DNA of 64,000 nucleotides, taken from an uncultured Clostridia bacterium. Lineage in GTDB: Bacteria; Bacillota; Clostridia; Christensenellales; QALW01. Numbering within the stretch: position 1 is the stretch's first letter; each line of letters starts with the position of its first letter. Made by a program: the position numbers and the translations under genes. Positions 49,146 to 58,846 of this stretch are shown one piece after another. A model generated the notes under the pieces. That model ran no database searches and was not told the origin of the DNA. It saw only the letters and a program-made list of their open reading frames with translations. The DNA is taken from the NCBI GenBank assembly GCA_934434555.1, contig CAKRZX010000002.1:22376-86375 (forward strand), written 5' to 3'.

Positions 49146-49300
49146 AGATACGGTTTGAAAAGTTGTACGCTGAGTAGATGTAAAAGGAAATTCGGTTTGA
49201 ATCCGAAACAACCGCCATTACTGTATTTGACGATTAGGGGATTACTCTCTTTTTTAGGGGAGGTTCCGTGTTCATAAGTCAGGATACCTGCCTATCTTTC
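49146..49300 (+). promoter_or_regulatory. Cobalamin riboswitch aptamer
   Basis: The core is AAAAGGAAAttCGGTttGAATCCGaaaCAaCCGCCattACTGTA (49181-49224). The B12-box AGTCAGGATACCTGCC lies at 49276-49291. Confidence 0.8.
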
Positions 49301-49370
49301 GGACAAACACTGCTTTGGTGTGAAGAGTGCTGCCGCTTTTTTGCTCTTTGCCGCGCAGAATAAGTTGCAG

Positions 49371-49400
49371 AAACTCTTCAAAAAAAGAAGAGTTTTTTTA
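49371..49400 (+). terminator. Riboswitch expression-platform terminator
   Basis: The stem aaactcttc/gaagagttt has an A7 loop and a T-run, 40 nt upstream of the first gene. Confidence 0.7.
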
Positions 49401-49439
49401 TGCTTGGCAGGCAGATAAAAAACGGAAAGGTAGAAAAAA

Positions 49440-50549
49440 ATGAAAAAAATCTTGTCACTGATTATCGCTCTTGCGCTTGTGTTTTCGGCGCTCTCAACCG
49501 TAACGGTATTTGCGGAGGAAGAAGATATTTCCATCACAATTTCCGTTGAGGGTGCTACAATCGGGCAGGGATTTTACGTTGAACCCACCGTTTATACGCT
49601 TTCTGAAATCAACGACCTGCTTTCGCAAGAGGACTACGGACCGTACACCGCCGAAACGCTTACTGCGGGCATGGCAACTCTTGCTATGTTTATCGACTAC
49701 GGTATAGAATACCGAATAACAGGCGATTGGGAAAGCAGTGTTTATATTGCTGAAATTAAAGGCATAGACACAGGTAAATTAAATATTCCCGATGTTATCA
49801 GCAAAAACGGAGGACCGTCAAATGATGATAATCAAGGAAATGAAGATGAATGGCTGGGCGAATTCGATTACAGTTTTATGTCCGGCTGGATGATTACGGT
49901 TGACCACCATATGATTGGCGTGGGCTGCGGCAGTTACAATGCTGCACAGGCACGCGCCGAGGGTTCGACTTTCGGCGACGGCTCAGTTATCCGTTGGCAG
50001 TTTACACTCTGGGGTTACGGACTTGATTTAGGTGTGGATAACGGCTGGGGAATGGGCGGACCCTATTACACCGCCGCAAATAAATGCGACATTTACCGCA
50101 AGTACGCAGAACTTAAACAGCGGGGATTCTTTAATACGCACCCCGAAGCAAAAGCCGCTGCGCTTGCCGTTATGGAAAATCTTACGGCAACACAGGCACA
50201 GGCGGACGGCGCACTTTCGGCACTTGAAAAAGCCGAGGAAGACGAAAAACTTCAAAACAAACAGGTTGAAGCAGTAACGGCGCAGATTGGTGCACTGGGC
50301 AATATCACTCTTGCAAAACAGGACGCGGTTAAAAAGGCAAGAGAGGAGTATGACGCACTGACTGACGCGCAGAAAGCACTTGTAAAAAATGCTGACGTTT
50401 TGATTGCGGCGGAAGCAAAGATAAAGGAGCTTAAAGCGGAACTTAACAATAAACCCGAAGATTCGGGCGATGAAATAATGTTCGTTCCCGCGGCATTGCT
50501 TGTGCTTGCATCCTGCGCCCTTGTTGTAAGAAAAAAACGCAAAGGTTGA
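49440..50549 (+). CDS. Surface-anchored DUF4430 (transcobalamin C-terminal-like) protein with a coiled-coil stalk and C-terminal TM
   Basis: It has a signal peptide and a DUF4430-like core (FMSGWMITVDHHMIGVGCGSY...GDGSVIRWQFT). An Ala/Gln/Lys-rich helical region and a C-terminal FVPAALLVLASCALVVRKKRKG anchor follow. Confidence 0.7.
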   Translation: MKKILSLIIALALVFSALSTVTVFAEEEDISITISVEGATIGQGFYVEPTVYTLSEINDLLSQEDYGPYTAETLTAGMATLAMFIDYGIEYRITGDWESSVYIAEIKGIDTGKLNIPDVISKNGGPSNDDNQGNEDEWLGEFDYSFMSGWMITVDHHMIGVGCGSYNAAQARAEGSTFGDGSVIRWQFTLWGYGLDLGVDNGWGMGGPYYTAANKCDIYRKYAELKQRGFFNTHPEAKAAALAVMENLTATQAQADGALSALEKAEEDEKLQNKQVEAVTAQIGALGNITLAKQDAVKKAREEYDALTDAQKALVKNADVLIAAEAKIKELKAELNNKPEDSGDEIMFVPAALLVLASCALVVRKKRKG

Positions 50550-50556
50550 TTAAAAA

Positions 50557-50598
50557 ACGTATGAAGGGAGCGGCAACCTCTTCATACGTCCCTTTTTT
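50557..50598 (+). terminator. Intrinsic terminator inside the B12-regulated cluster
   Basis: A perfect 10-bp stem acgtatgaag/cttcatacgt is followed by ccc and T6. Confidence 0.65.
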
Positions 50599-50612
50599 AT
50601 AGGCGGGATAAA

Positions 50613-52451
50613 ATGAAAAGATTTTTTAACTTGAAAAATTCAATAACAGTATTCCTTATCCTTATTTTACTTTTACCCGTTTCAGTTTTTGCAAAAAACG
50701 ACAGCATACTTGAAACGGCAGAGGGGATAGTTGCGTGGAAAAAGGCCGATAACGGCGGCGGTGAAAATTTAATAAACGACAAGCTTCTTGAAAGCGCCGG
50801 AACGACAGCGGGGGACTGGTATCCTATCGGACTTTCACGGCTCGGTTTTAACGATAATTTTGAGGGATATCTTGCGGTTATAAAGGAAAACGTGCGCAAA
50901 AGATATTCGGAAAAAGGCAAGTTAAGCAATGCAAAGGCTACCGAATGGCACAGGATTTCACTTGCCGTGCTTGCCGCCGGCGGCGACCCGCGGGATATGG
51001 GCAATGACGAAAACGGCGGGAAAATCGACCTTATTGCCGACGGAACTTATAATCGCGGGAAAACCGCGTCACTGGGCAGACAGGGCATAAACGGCTGGAT
51101 TTGGGGGCTTATCGCTCTTGATTCAAAAAGATACGATGTTCCCGATGACGCATACAATACCCGTGACGATATTATCTTTGAAATTATGTCAAAGCAGTGC
51201 CCCGACGGCGGATTTGCCCTTATGGGTTCGGTTTCCGACCCGGATATAACCGCAATGGCGGTTCAGGCGCTTGCACCCTATAATAACAGCGAAACCGTAT
51301 ATTCTCTTAAAACAGGAGAGAAAAAAGTTTATACGGTAATAAACGAGGCTCTTGACTGTCTTTCAAAACTGCAAAACGAAAGGGGCGGCTTTGAAAGTTG
51401 GGGCACGGAAAACGTGGAAAGCACCTGTCAGGTAACGGTTGCGCTGTGTACTCTCGGTATCGACCCGCTTTCTGATGCAAGATTCATAAAAAACGGTAAT
51501 ACTTTACTTGATGCAATAATGACTTTCCGTATGCCGGACGGAGGGTTTACCCATTCGTTTGTTCTTGATAAAGCAAACCCAACGGCGCTTCCGGATAAAT
51601 CAAACTCAATGGCAGGCGAACAGGTGCTTTATACTCTTGCGGCGCTTTATCGCCTTAATAACGGTATGCGCACGCTGTACGATTTCAGGAACGAACAGCC
51701 TGACGGACTTAAAGCGAGAATAAAAGATATTGAGGACGGCACAGAAAAACTTGACGGGAACCGCGAAACGGCGCTTGAACTGCTTAAAAAGTATTTTGCC
51801 TTGCCCGAAGATGAGCGCAGTTATGTTAATAATTACAGAGAACTGGCTGATTTTGCAATAAGTGCCGGCATTGATATTTCGGAAATAGATAATTCCACCG
51901 AGGTGATTATTGATAAGCCCGAAGAAGAAAACTCGGTTTTGCTTTATTTTTCGGACGAGGATAAAGCACAGGTAAACAGTCTCCCCGAAAAGCTGACTAC
52001 GGAATATTATGTTCCCGTGGTTTCACTGCTTGAAAAACTTAACAGCAGCGAGGATTTTGACGAAAAGGATCATTATCTTAACAAGCTTACAAAGGCAAAA
52101 AGTGAAATTGAGGATTTACAGGCGGAGATTGACAGCATAAATGCCGATGTAAAGGAAAAACTTTATCCGTTTGAAAATATAACGCTTAAAGACAAAAAAA
52201 CAGTTGACGGCATTGTAAAGCGCTATAACGGTTTAAGTGAATACGATAAAGAAAAGATACTTCGGTATGAAGATGTTCTGAAAACAAAAACAAAACTTGA
52301 TAACACAGTCCGTGCAATATGGATTTTTGCGGTACTTGCGGTTGTTTGTGCCGCCCTGGCAGCAGTTACGGTAAAGCAAATCAAAAAAAGAAAAAATGCC
52401 GCAAAAGATGCTATGGAGCAACTTGCGCGGGAATATGAGGACGAAGATTGA
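50613..52451 (+). CDS. Surface-anchored alpha/alpha-toroid (prenyltransferase/squalene-cyclase repeat) protein
   Basis: It has a signal peptide and repeated xDGGF motifs (CPDGGFALMG, ERGGFESWG, MPDGGFTHSF). The C-terminus is coiled and ends in a TM anchor (IWIFAVLAVVCAALAAVTV). Confidence 0.7.
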   Translation: MKRFFNLKNSITVFLILILLLPVSVFAKNDSILETAEGIVAWKKADNGGGENLINDKLLESAGTTAGDWYPIGLSRLGFNDNFEGYLAVIKENVRKRYSEKGKLSNAKATEWHRISLAVLAAGGDPRDMGNDENGGKIDLIADGTYNRGKTASLGRQGINGWIWGLIALDSKRYDVPDDAYNTRDDIIFEIMSKQCPDGGFALMGSVSDPDITAMAVQALAPYNNSETVYSLKTGEKKVYTVINEALDCLSKLQNERGGFESWGTENVESTCQVTVALCTLGIDPLSDARFIKNGNTLLDAIMTFRMPDGGFTHSFVLDKANPTALPDKSNSMAGEQVLYTLAALYRLNNGMRTLYDFRNEQPDGLKARIKDIEDGTEKLDGNRETALELLKKYFALPEDERSYVNNYRELADFAISAGIDISEIDNSTEVIIDKPEEENSVLLYFSDEDKAQVNSLPEKLTTEYYVPVVSLLEKLNSSEDFDEKDHYLNKLTKAKSEIEDLQAEIDSINADVKEKLYPFENITLKDKKTVDGIVKRYNGLSEYDKEKILRYEDVLKTKTKLDNTVRAIWIFAVLAVVCAALAAVTVKQIKKRKNAAKDAMEQLAREYEDED

Positions 52452-52999
52452 AAAAAGATATTTTGGCAATTTTCGGTATTGTGCTAATAATTGCTCTGCT
52501 TATAAGCGGAACGAATATTCAGTCCGTAGACGAATATTATCTTACCCATATTGACGACATTACACCGGAGAGCGAAACGGTGAAGATTTCCATTGTCTGC
52601 ACAACCGTGTTTGACAATATCAATATGCTTGATATTGCGCTTAAAGATGGAGATTATTTCCCCGAAGACGGGATAATTCTGCCCGAAACGGAGTATGTTC
52701 TGCGGGAGGGTGATACGGTGTTTGATATCCTTGACAGGGCGGTAAGGTACAACAAAATTCAAATGGAATATCAGGGTGCGGAACATAACAGTTACAAAAG
52801 CGCGTATATCCGCGGCATCAGTTATCTTTATGAATTTTCCTGCGGTCCGCTTTCAGGGTGGATGTATAAAGTTGACGGGGAATATCCGTCGTATGGGTGT
52901 TCAAAGTATATTCTGCACGACGGACAGGTTATAGAATGGGTTTATACCTGTAATTTAGGTAAGGACGTAGGCTGCGACTGGGAGGGACTTGAAGAATGA
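52448..52999 (+). CDS. DUF4430 (transcobalamin C-terminal-like) domain protein, membrane-anchored
   Basis: LSGWMYKVDGEYPSYGCSKYILHDGQVIEWVYT is present, along with an N-terminal TM. The TTG start overlaps the upstream stop. Confidence 0.8.
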   Translation: MKKDILAIFGIVLIIALLISGTNIQSVDEYYLTHIDDITPESETVKISIVCTTVFDNINMLDIALKDGDYFPEDGIILPETEYVLREGDTVFDILDRAVRYNKIQMEYQGAEHNSYKSAYIRGISYLYEFSCGPLSGWMYKVDGEYPSYGCSKYILHDGQVIEWVYTCNLGKDVGCDWEGLEE

Positions 53000-53856
53000 A
53001 AAACGTACATCCCGTAAGCGCTGCGGTTTATTTCTTCTCGGTGCTTATCATTGCAATGTTTTCAATAAATCCCGTGTTTCAGGCGCTTGCCCTTTCGGGA
53101 GCAATTCTTTTTTGCCTTTTTGTATGCAAAAAAACAAAATCCGATATTTTCTTTTACCCGGTAATGTTCATTTTAATTGCAATAACAAATCCGCTGTTTT
53201 CCCATAACGGCGTAACGCCCCTGTTCTTTCTTAACGGAAATCCCGTAACGAAAGAAGCGTTTTTGTACGGAATTGACATAGCCGTCGCGCTTATTGCGGT
53301 TATGCTGTGGTTCAAGGCGTATAATGAAATTTTTACCGAGGACAAACTGCTGTATCTGTTCGGGCGGATTCTGCCCGAAACCGCGCTTATTCTTTCAATG
53401 GCGCTCAGGTTTATTCCTCTTTTTAAGCAGAAAATGCACCGTGTGGACGAGGCTCAAAAAGCAATGGGGCTTTATTCGTCAAAAAGTTTTGTTGATAGAA
53501 TTCACGGGCGCTTGCGTGTGTTTTCGGCAATGATTGCCTGGTCCCTTGAAAACTCGGTTGATACCGCTATTTCAATGAAAATGCGCGGGTACGGTTTGAA
53601 AGGTCGGACGCATTTTGCACTGTTCAGGTTCACAAAAAGCGACGGAGCGGTTTTAATTATATCGCTTGCGCTTTTTGCGTTTGCGCTTTTGGGGCAAAAT
53701 AACATAACTTTTGCGTTTTATCCGCGGATAACGGCACTTGAATTTAATTTTTACACGCTTTCGGTTTATTTTTCTTACTGCGTACTGGCGCTTATGCCCG
53801 CATTTATTGAAGTCAGGGAGAGATTGCTTTGGAAATACTGCGTTTTGAAGATTTAA
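52996..53856 (+). CDS. ecfT: ECF transporter transmembrane (T) component, CbiQ/EcfT family
   Basis: The 286-aa polytopic protein has the coupling-helix region (ALRFIPLF...VDEAQKAMGLY...). It is adjacent to the ECF ATPase. Confidence 0.85.
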   Translation: MKNVHPVSAAVYFFSVLIIAMFSINPVFQALALSGAILFCLFVCKKTKSDIFFYPVMFILIAITNPLFSHNGVTPLFFLNGNPVTKEAFLYGIDIAVALIAVMLWFKAYNEIFTEDKLLYLFGRILPETALILSMALRFIPLFKQKMHRVDEAQKAMGLYSSKSFVDRIHGRLRVFSAMIAWSLENSVDTAISMKMRGYGLKGRTHFALFRFTKSDGAVLIISLALFAFALLGQNNITFAFYPRITALEFNFYTLSVYFSYCVLALMPAFIEVRERLLWKYCVLKI

Positions 53857-55484
53857 GTTTTACATATGCCGGCGCGGATAAAAAGGCAATAGATAATGTT
53901 TCGTTTTCCGTAAACAAGGGCGAATTTGTGCTTTTGTGCGGGCAGTCGGGCTGCGGAAAAACTACGCTTATGCGCTTGGTAAAAAAACAGGCGGCGCCGT
54001 CGGGGGAGAAACAGGGCAAAATTTTTGTGTTTGAAAAAGATTCGGAAACGCTTGATTTGCGGGAGAGCGCGGAGAAAATCGGTTACGTTCTGCAAGACCC
54101 GGACAAGCAGATTGTTTGCGACAAAGTGTGGCACGAACTTGCTTTCGGGCTTGAAAATTTGGGTGAAAACAGCGACGTTATCCGCCGCCGCACTGCGGAA
54201 ATGGCAAGTTACTTCGGAATAGAAAAGTGGTTTCACAAAAAAACGTCGGAACTTTCTGGTGGGCAGAAACAGCTCTTGAACCTTGCATCGGTTATGGTTA
54301 TGCACCCGGAAATTCTCATTCTTGACGAGCCCACCGCTCAACTTGACCCCATTGCCGCGTCAGACTTTCTCAATACCTTAAAAAAAATCAACACGGAACT
54401 GGGACTGACGGTAATTCTTATCGAGCACAGGCTTGAAGAGGGTTTTTCATCGGCTGATAAAGTTGCCGTAATGGAAAACGGAAAACTTATTTCCTTTACA
54501 AAGCCCGAAGACACCGCGCGTGAGATGAAAAACAGCAATCACCCTATGCTTTTGGGCTTGCCTGCGGCTGTCAGGGTGTTCAATGCATTTGATTTTGACG
54601 AAAAATGTCCTCTTGACGTGCGTCACGGCAGAGATTTTCTTGTTTCGCACTTTGAAAAATGCGAAAATGAAGAAAAAGAGTATGTCCATGACGAGGAAAT
54701 AAAAGTCGAACTTGAAAACGTGTATTTCCGTTACGAACGTAATCTGCCCGACGTGCTTGCGGGATTGAATCTTACCGTTTACAAAAACGAGATTTTCTGC
54801 ATTTTGGGCGGCAACGGCTGCGGCAAGACCACCGCGCTCAACGTGATTTCGGGCTTAAAAAAAGCATATCGCGGCAAGGTGATTATCGACGGTATGAATA
54901 TAAAAAAATATTCGGGGAATTCCCTGTACCGCAACAAACTTGCCTTTTTGCCGCAGGACGTTTTAAGCGTGTTTATTAAAGATAATGTTCGCGAGGATTT
55001 TAAGGATATCCTTAAAATTTTAGGCGAAACGGATATTGAAGAAAAGATTGTTTCAGCAAGCAGAAGAACGGGCTGCGAGCATTTACTTGACCGTCACCCC
55101 TACGATTTAAGCGGCGGCGAGGCACAGAAGTGCGCACTGGCAAAAATGCTGCTGCTTTCGCCCGAAATTCTGCTGCTTGACGAGCCCACAAAAGGGCTTG
55201 ACGCTTACGCAAAAAACGAGGCGGGCGAACTTTTGAGAAAACTGAAACAGGACGGCTTAACGGTGATAACGGTTACTCACGATACCGAATTTGCCGCTTG
55301 CTTTGCCGACCGCTGTACGCTTTTTTTTGATTGCTCCGCCCTGAAAGCGGATACTCCCGAAAAGTTTTTCGGCGAAAATATGTTTTATACCACCGCGGCA
55401 AACAGAATGTCAAGGGAACTGTTTGCGGGCGCCGTAACGGTTGAAGAGGTAACTGACTTATGCAAAAAAAGCATATCAAAATAA
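53829..55484 (+). CDS. ecfA: ECF transporter fused double ATPase (EcfA-EcfA')
   Basis: It has two Walker A motifs (GQSGCGKTT, GGNGCGKTT), two signature motifs (LSGGQKQ, LSGGEAQ) and two Walker B motifs (ILILDEP, ILLLDEP). Confidence 0.92.
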   Translation: MEILRFEDLSFTYAGADKKAIDNVSFSVNKGEFVLLCGQSGCGKTTLMRLVKKQAAPSGEKQGKIFVFEKDSETLDLRESAEKIGYVLQDPDKQIVCDKVWHELAFGLENLGENSDVIRRRTAEMASYFGIEKWFHKKTSELSGGQKQLLNLASVMVMHPEILILDEPTAQLDPIAASDFLNTLKKINTELGLTVILIEHRLEEGFSSADKVAVMENGKLISFTKPEDTAREMKNSNHPMLLGLPAAVRVFNAFDFDEKCPLDVRHGRDFLVSHFEKCENEEKEYVHDEEIKVELENVYFRYERNLPDVLAGLNLTVYKNEIFCILGGNGCGKTTALNVISGLKKAYRGKVIIDGMNIKKYSGNSLYRNKLAFLPQDVLSVFIKDNVREDFKDILKILGETDIEEKIVSASRRTGCEHLLDRHPYDLSGGEAQKCALAKMLLLSPEILLLDEPTKGLDAYAKNEAGELLRKLKQDGLTVITVTHDTEFAACFADRCTLFFDCSALKADTPEKFFGENMFYTTAANRMSRELFAGAVTVEEVTDLCKKSISK

Positions 55485-56146
55485 TAAACGCCGTTATTAT
55501 GTGCGTGCTTGTTCCGCTTGTTGTATATCTGGGTGCAAAAATTTTTAAGGAAAAACAGTACGCGTGGATTTCACTTTGTGTGGCGATTCTTGCCTGTGTG
55601 CCGTTCTTTATAAGGTTTGAAAGCAGGGATAATGACGTAAGGCGGCTTGTGCTTATTGCGGTTATGGTCGCACTTTCGGTTGTGGGAAGATTTGTTTTTG
55701 CGCCTGTTCCGGGGTTTAAGCCCGTAACGGCAATGGTGGCGGTAACGGCGATGTATTTCGGCTCAGAAGCGGGATTTATGACGGGAGCGCTTACGGCGGT
55801 TATATCAAATTTCTATTTCGGACAGGGTCCGTGGACACCGTTTCAGATGTTCGCGTGGGGAATAATAGGCTTTGTTATCGGGCTTATTGCCGAACCGCTT
55901 AAACGCAGCACGTTTCTTTTGGTGTTAAGCGGAATAATTGCTGGGGTGGCGTTTTCTCTGCTTATGGACGTATGGTCGACGCTTAATGCCGACGGCACTT
56001 TCAACATTATGCGGTATTTTTCGTTTGTGGTATCGTCGCTGCAATTTATGGCGATTTATGCGGTTTCAAACGTTATATTCCTGCTTGTGCTGTCAAAGCC
56101 TATCGGCAAAATTTTTGAGCGTGTAAAAGTAAAATACGGTATGTAG
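55460..56146 (+). CDS. ECF transporter substrate-specific (S) component, candidate corrinoid-specific
   Basis: The 228-aa protein has about 6 TM segments. It is the last gene of the riboswitch-controlled ECF cluster. Confidence 0.7.
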   Translation: MQKKHIKIINAVIMCVLVPLVVYLGAKIFKEKQYAWISLCVAILACVPFFIRFESRDNDVRRLVLIAVMVALSVVGRFVFAPVPGFKPVTAMVAVTAMYFGSEAGFMTGALTAVISNFYFGQGPWTPFQMFAWGIIGFVIGLIAEPLKRSTFLLVLSGIIAGVAFSLLMDVWSTLNADGTFNIMRYFSFVVSSLQFMAIYAVSNVIFLLVLSKPIGKIFERVKVKYGM

Positions 56147-56201
56147 GGTATTGACTTTTTCGGCGGAATAAAATATCATATTTCCTGCGGGGGTGAAAAA
56201 A

Positions 56202-57884
56202 ATGAGAGATGTGCTTCACGAATGCGACCTTTGCGTAGTGGGCGGAGGAATGGCAGGAATCTCGGCGGCGGTTTCGGCGGCAAGAAAAGGAATAAAGGTT
56301 ATCCTTGTGCAGGACAGAGGTGTGCTGGGTGGAAATGCGTCAGGCGAAATCCGTATGTGGATTTGCGGCGCTCACGGCAGGGATAATCGGGAAACAGGCA
56401 TAATTGAGGAAATTATGCTTAAAAACTTTTATGAAAATCCGCAGCTCAGCTACCCTGTGTGGGACGCTGTTTTATATAATTTTGTTGCGCATACGGAAAA
56501 TTTAACGGTTCTGCTTAACACAAGCTGCTTTGACGCAGAATGTAAAAACAACAGAATAATTTCAATTAAAGCATGGCAGAGCAACTGCGAAACAATGCAT
56601 ATAATCCGCGCAAAATTCTTTGCCGATTGCTCCGGCGACAGTATTCTGGCACCGCTTTCGGGCGCGCATTTCCGTATGGGGCGCGAGGCAAAAGACGAAT
56701 TTAACGAATCCATCGAGCCTGAAAAGGCAGATAAAAAAACAATGGGTATGAGTTGCCTGTTTCAGGTGCGCGAAACCGATTCGCCTAAAAAATTCATTCC
56801 GCCCGAATGGGCATACAAATATCCTGACGATAATTGCATTCCGTTCAGGGAACATGACCTTTCAACTAATTTCTGGTGGATTGAACTGGGCGGCGAAGGC
56901 GACTGCCTGCACGGCGCGGACGAATACCGTGACGAACTTTTGAAAATTGCCTACGGTGTGTGGGACCACGTTAAAAACTACGGCGACCACGGTGCGGATA
57001 ACTATGTTCTTGAATGGGTGGGGCTGCTTCCCGGAAAGCGTGAAACAAGGCGCTATACGGGCAAATACACCGTAACGCAAAATGACGTGGAATCCGGCGG
57101 AGTATTCCCGGACACCGTTGCATACGGCGGGTGGAGTATGGACGACCATTTCCCCGCGGGATTTGAGCATAAAACTTCCTACCCCACAATTTTTCATCCG
57201 GCACCGTCACCGTGGGGGATACCGTTCAGGACGCTGTGTTCGGAAAATATTGAAAACCTGCTTTTTGCGGGGCGGAATATAAGCGTTACCCATGCGGCGC
57301 TGTCTTCCTCACGCGTAATGGCAACCTGTGCGCTTTTGGGTCAGGCGATAGGCACCGCCGCGGCGCAAATGATACTGAAAAATACGGATTATCCCGACAT
57401 CAAGGAATTACAGAAAACGCTGCTTGATGACGATTGCTTTATTCCGGGGCTGAAAAGGGAAGTTTCGCCGCTTTCAAAAGAACTTGAATGCAGCAGCGAT
57501 ATTGTCCGCAGCGGCATTGACAGGGGCGAAGAAAACAGATGGGTGGGCAATATCGGCGATTTTATTGAATATAAAAGCAAAACACCTTTTATGCTTCAAG
57601 GGGTCAGAATCGTTTTTGACAGCGACCTTAACAGGGATTATCACAATATGCCATGCGTTATAAGGCTTAATGAAACACGGTACAAATTGCCCGAAACGCT
57701 TATTTCGGATTTCGATATAGTTTTAACCGATAAATCGGGGCAGAGTAAAAAAATACAGGTGCGTGATTCTCACAACCGTTTTGTAAAAATGAATATAACG
57801 GGTGAGTACACAAGCGTAAAACTTATTCCCCTAAAAACTCACGGCGCAGAAGAATTTTACGTATTTTCATTTGAGGTTTTTTAG
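56202..57884 (+). CDS. FAD-dependent oxidoreductase
   Basis: The dinucleotide-binding motif is CDLCVVGGGMAGISAAVSAARKG...VQDRGVLGGNAS. A TTGACT-17-TATCAT promoter-like site lies at 56150-56178. Confidence 0.8.
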   Translation: MRDVLHECDLCVVGGGMAGISAAVSAARKGIKVILVQDRGVLGGNASGEIRMWICGAHGRDNRETGIIEEIMLKNFYENPQLSYPVWDAVLYNFVAHTENLTVLLNTSCFDAECKNNRIISIKAWQSNCETMHIIRAKFFADCSGDSILAPLSGAHFRMGREAKDEFNESIEPEKADKKTMGMSCLFQVRETDSPKKFIPPEWAYKYPDDNCIPFREHDLSTNFWWIELGGEGDCLHGADEYRDELLKIAYGVWDHVKNYGDHGADNYVLEWVGLLPGKRETRRYTGKYTVTQNDVESGGVFPDTVAYGGWSMDDHFPAGFEHKTSYPTIFHPAPSPWGIPFRTLCSENIENLLFAGRNISVTHAALSSSRVMATCALLGQAIGTAAAQMILKNTDYPDIKELQKTLLDDDCFIPGLKREVSPLSKELECSSDIVRSGIDRGEENRWVGNIGDFIEYKSKTPFMLQGVRIVFDSDLNRDYHNMPCVIRLNETRYKLPETLISDFDIVLTDKSGQSKKIQVRDSHNRFVKMNITGEYTSVKLIPLKTHGAEEFYVFSFEVF

Positions 57885-57896
57885 GACATTAAAAAA

Positions 57897-57914
57897 GCAG
57901 AGCGGTTGCTCTGC
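57897..57914. terminator. Bidirectional terminator
   Basis: The stem gcagagc ggtt gctctgc is flanked by A6 and T5 and lies between convergent genes. Confidence 0.7.
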
Positions 57915-57938
57915 TTTTTAACATGACTGCAAAAGGGG

Positions 57939-58784
57939 TTAATTATACACAAACATCTGTACACCGGAACAGCCTATGCCGTTTTTCTGAATTTCAACGT
58001 CATACAAAATCCCGTATCTGCCGTTTTTAAGGCGAACTACGCGCTGTTCTTCAACTCTGCCGGTATAGCCGTCGTTCAAAACTTCATCTAAGCGGGAAGA
58101 TAATGAACTGTTCGCTTTATCCATATTGACATTGAGTTTTTCAATTCCTTTCATTGACGGGGCAAATTGAAAACTGATGTCGCAAAGTTCACCGGAAGAA
58201 TTTATGCTTATGCTGACTTCGTCGCAAGTGAGATATTCGCCTATTTTCTTTGAGAAAATAAACGTGTGGCGAATGTCCTCGGTAGTCCAGGGACGCTCGA
58301 ATTCTTCAATAAGAACGTATTCACCCTCGGTATACTTTTCAACGTATTCTTTTGCTATCGCCAATCTTTCGTCGCGGGTATTTCTTTCGCTTTCGTCAAG
58401 GGAGAGTTTTGCTTTCCTCAACCGCATATATGTTACCGGTTCGCCGCTTTTTACGTTTATACCTACCCGATATTCTGTTCCCGCTTCATCGGTATAAATA
58501 TATTCGTCGTAGTCGCAGTGATAGTAGGGCATATATCCCGTTTCGTTATATTCGCCCTTTATCTCTATTCCCTCAAAGGTGATATCAATTGTTTTGGGCG
58601 CACCGCTCCGCTTTCCCCATTGGTATTGAAGAGAAATTTCTTCTTTCTCGATTCTGTCCAAGAAAAAGCCGTTGTACACGCCACTGACAAGTACTTTCTT
58701 TCCTGTATTACACGCTGTACTTGTGATACAAATAAGAATTATACTTATTAGTGCTATAAACTTTTTCATTTTATGCTGCTCCAT
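57939..58784 (-). CDS. Lipoprotein of unknown function (paralog B)
   Basis: It has a lipobox-like signal (ALISIILICITSTAC). It is clearly paralogous to 58847..59674: both share ERLAIAK.(Y/F)VE..T.GEY and the C-terminal MFVYN. Confidence 0.65.
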   Translation of the reverse strand: MEQHKMKKFIALISIILICITSTACNTGKKVLVSGVYNGFFLDRIEKEEISLQYQWGKRSGAPKTIDITFEGIEIKGEYNETGYMPYYHCDYDEYIYTDEAGTEYRVGINVKSGEPVTYMRLRKAKLSLDESERNTRDERLAIAKEYVEKYTEGEYVLIEEFERPWTTEDIRHTFIFSKKIGEYLTCDEVSISINSSGELCDISFQFAPSMKGIEKLNVNMDKANSSLSSRLDEVLNDGYTGRVEEQRVVRLKNGRYGILYDVEIQKNGIGCSGVQMFVYN

Positions 58785-58807
58785 TTTGCATAAGATAAAC
58801 AGGGGTT

Positions 58808-58830
58808 GCGGGCAGATTTTGTCTGCCCGC
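58808..58830 (-). other. Inter-paralog stem-loop with no U-tract
   Basis: A 9-bp GC-rich stem gcgggcaga/tctgcccgc lies between the two lipoprotein genes. It is not followed by a T-run on the coding strand. Confidence 0.35.
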
Positions 58831-58846
58831 AGTGGGGAAAAACAAT

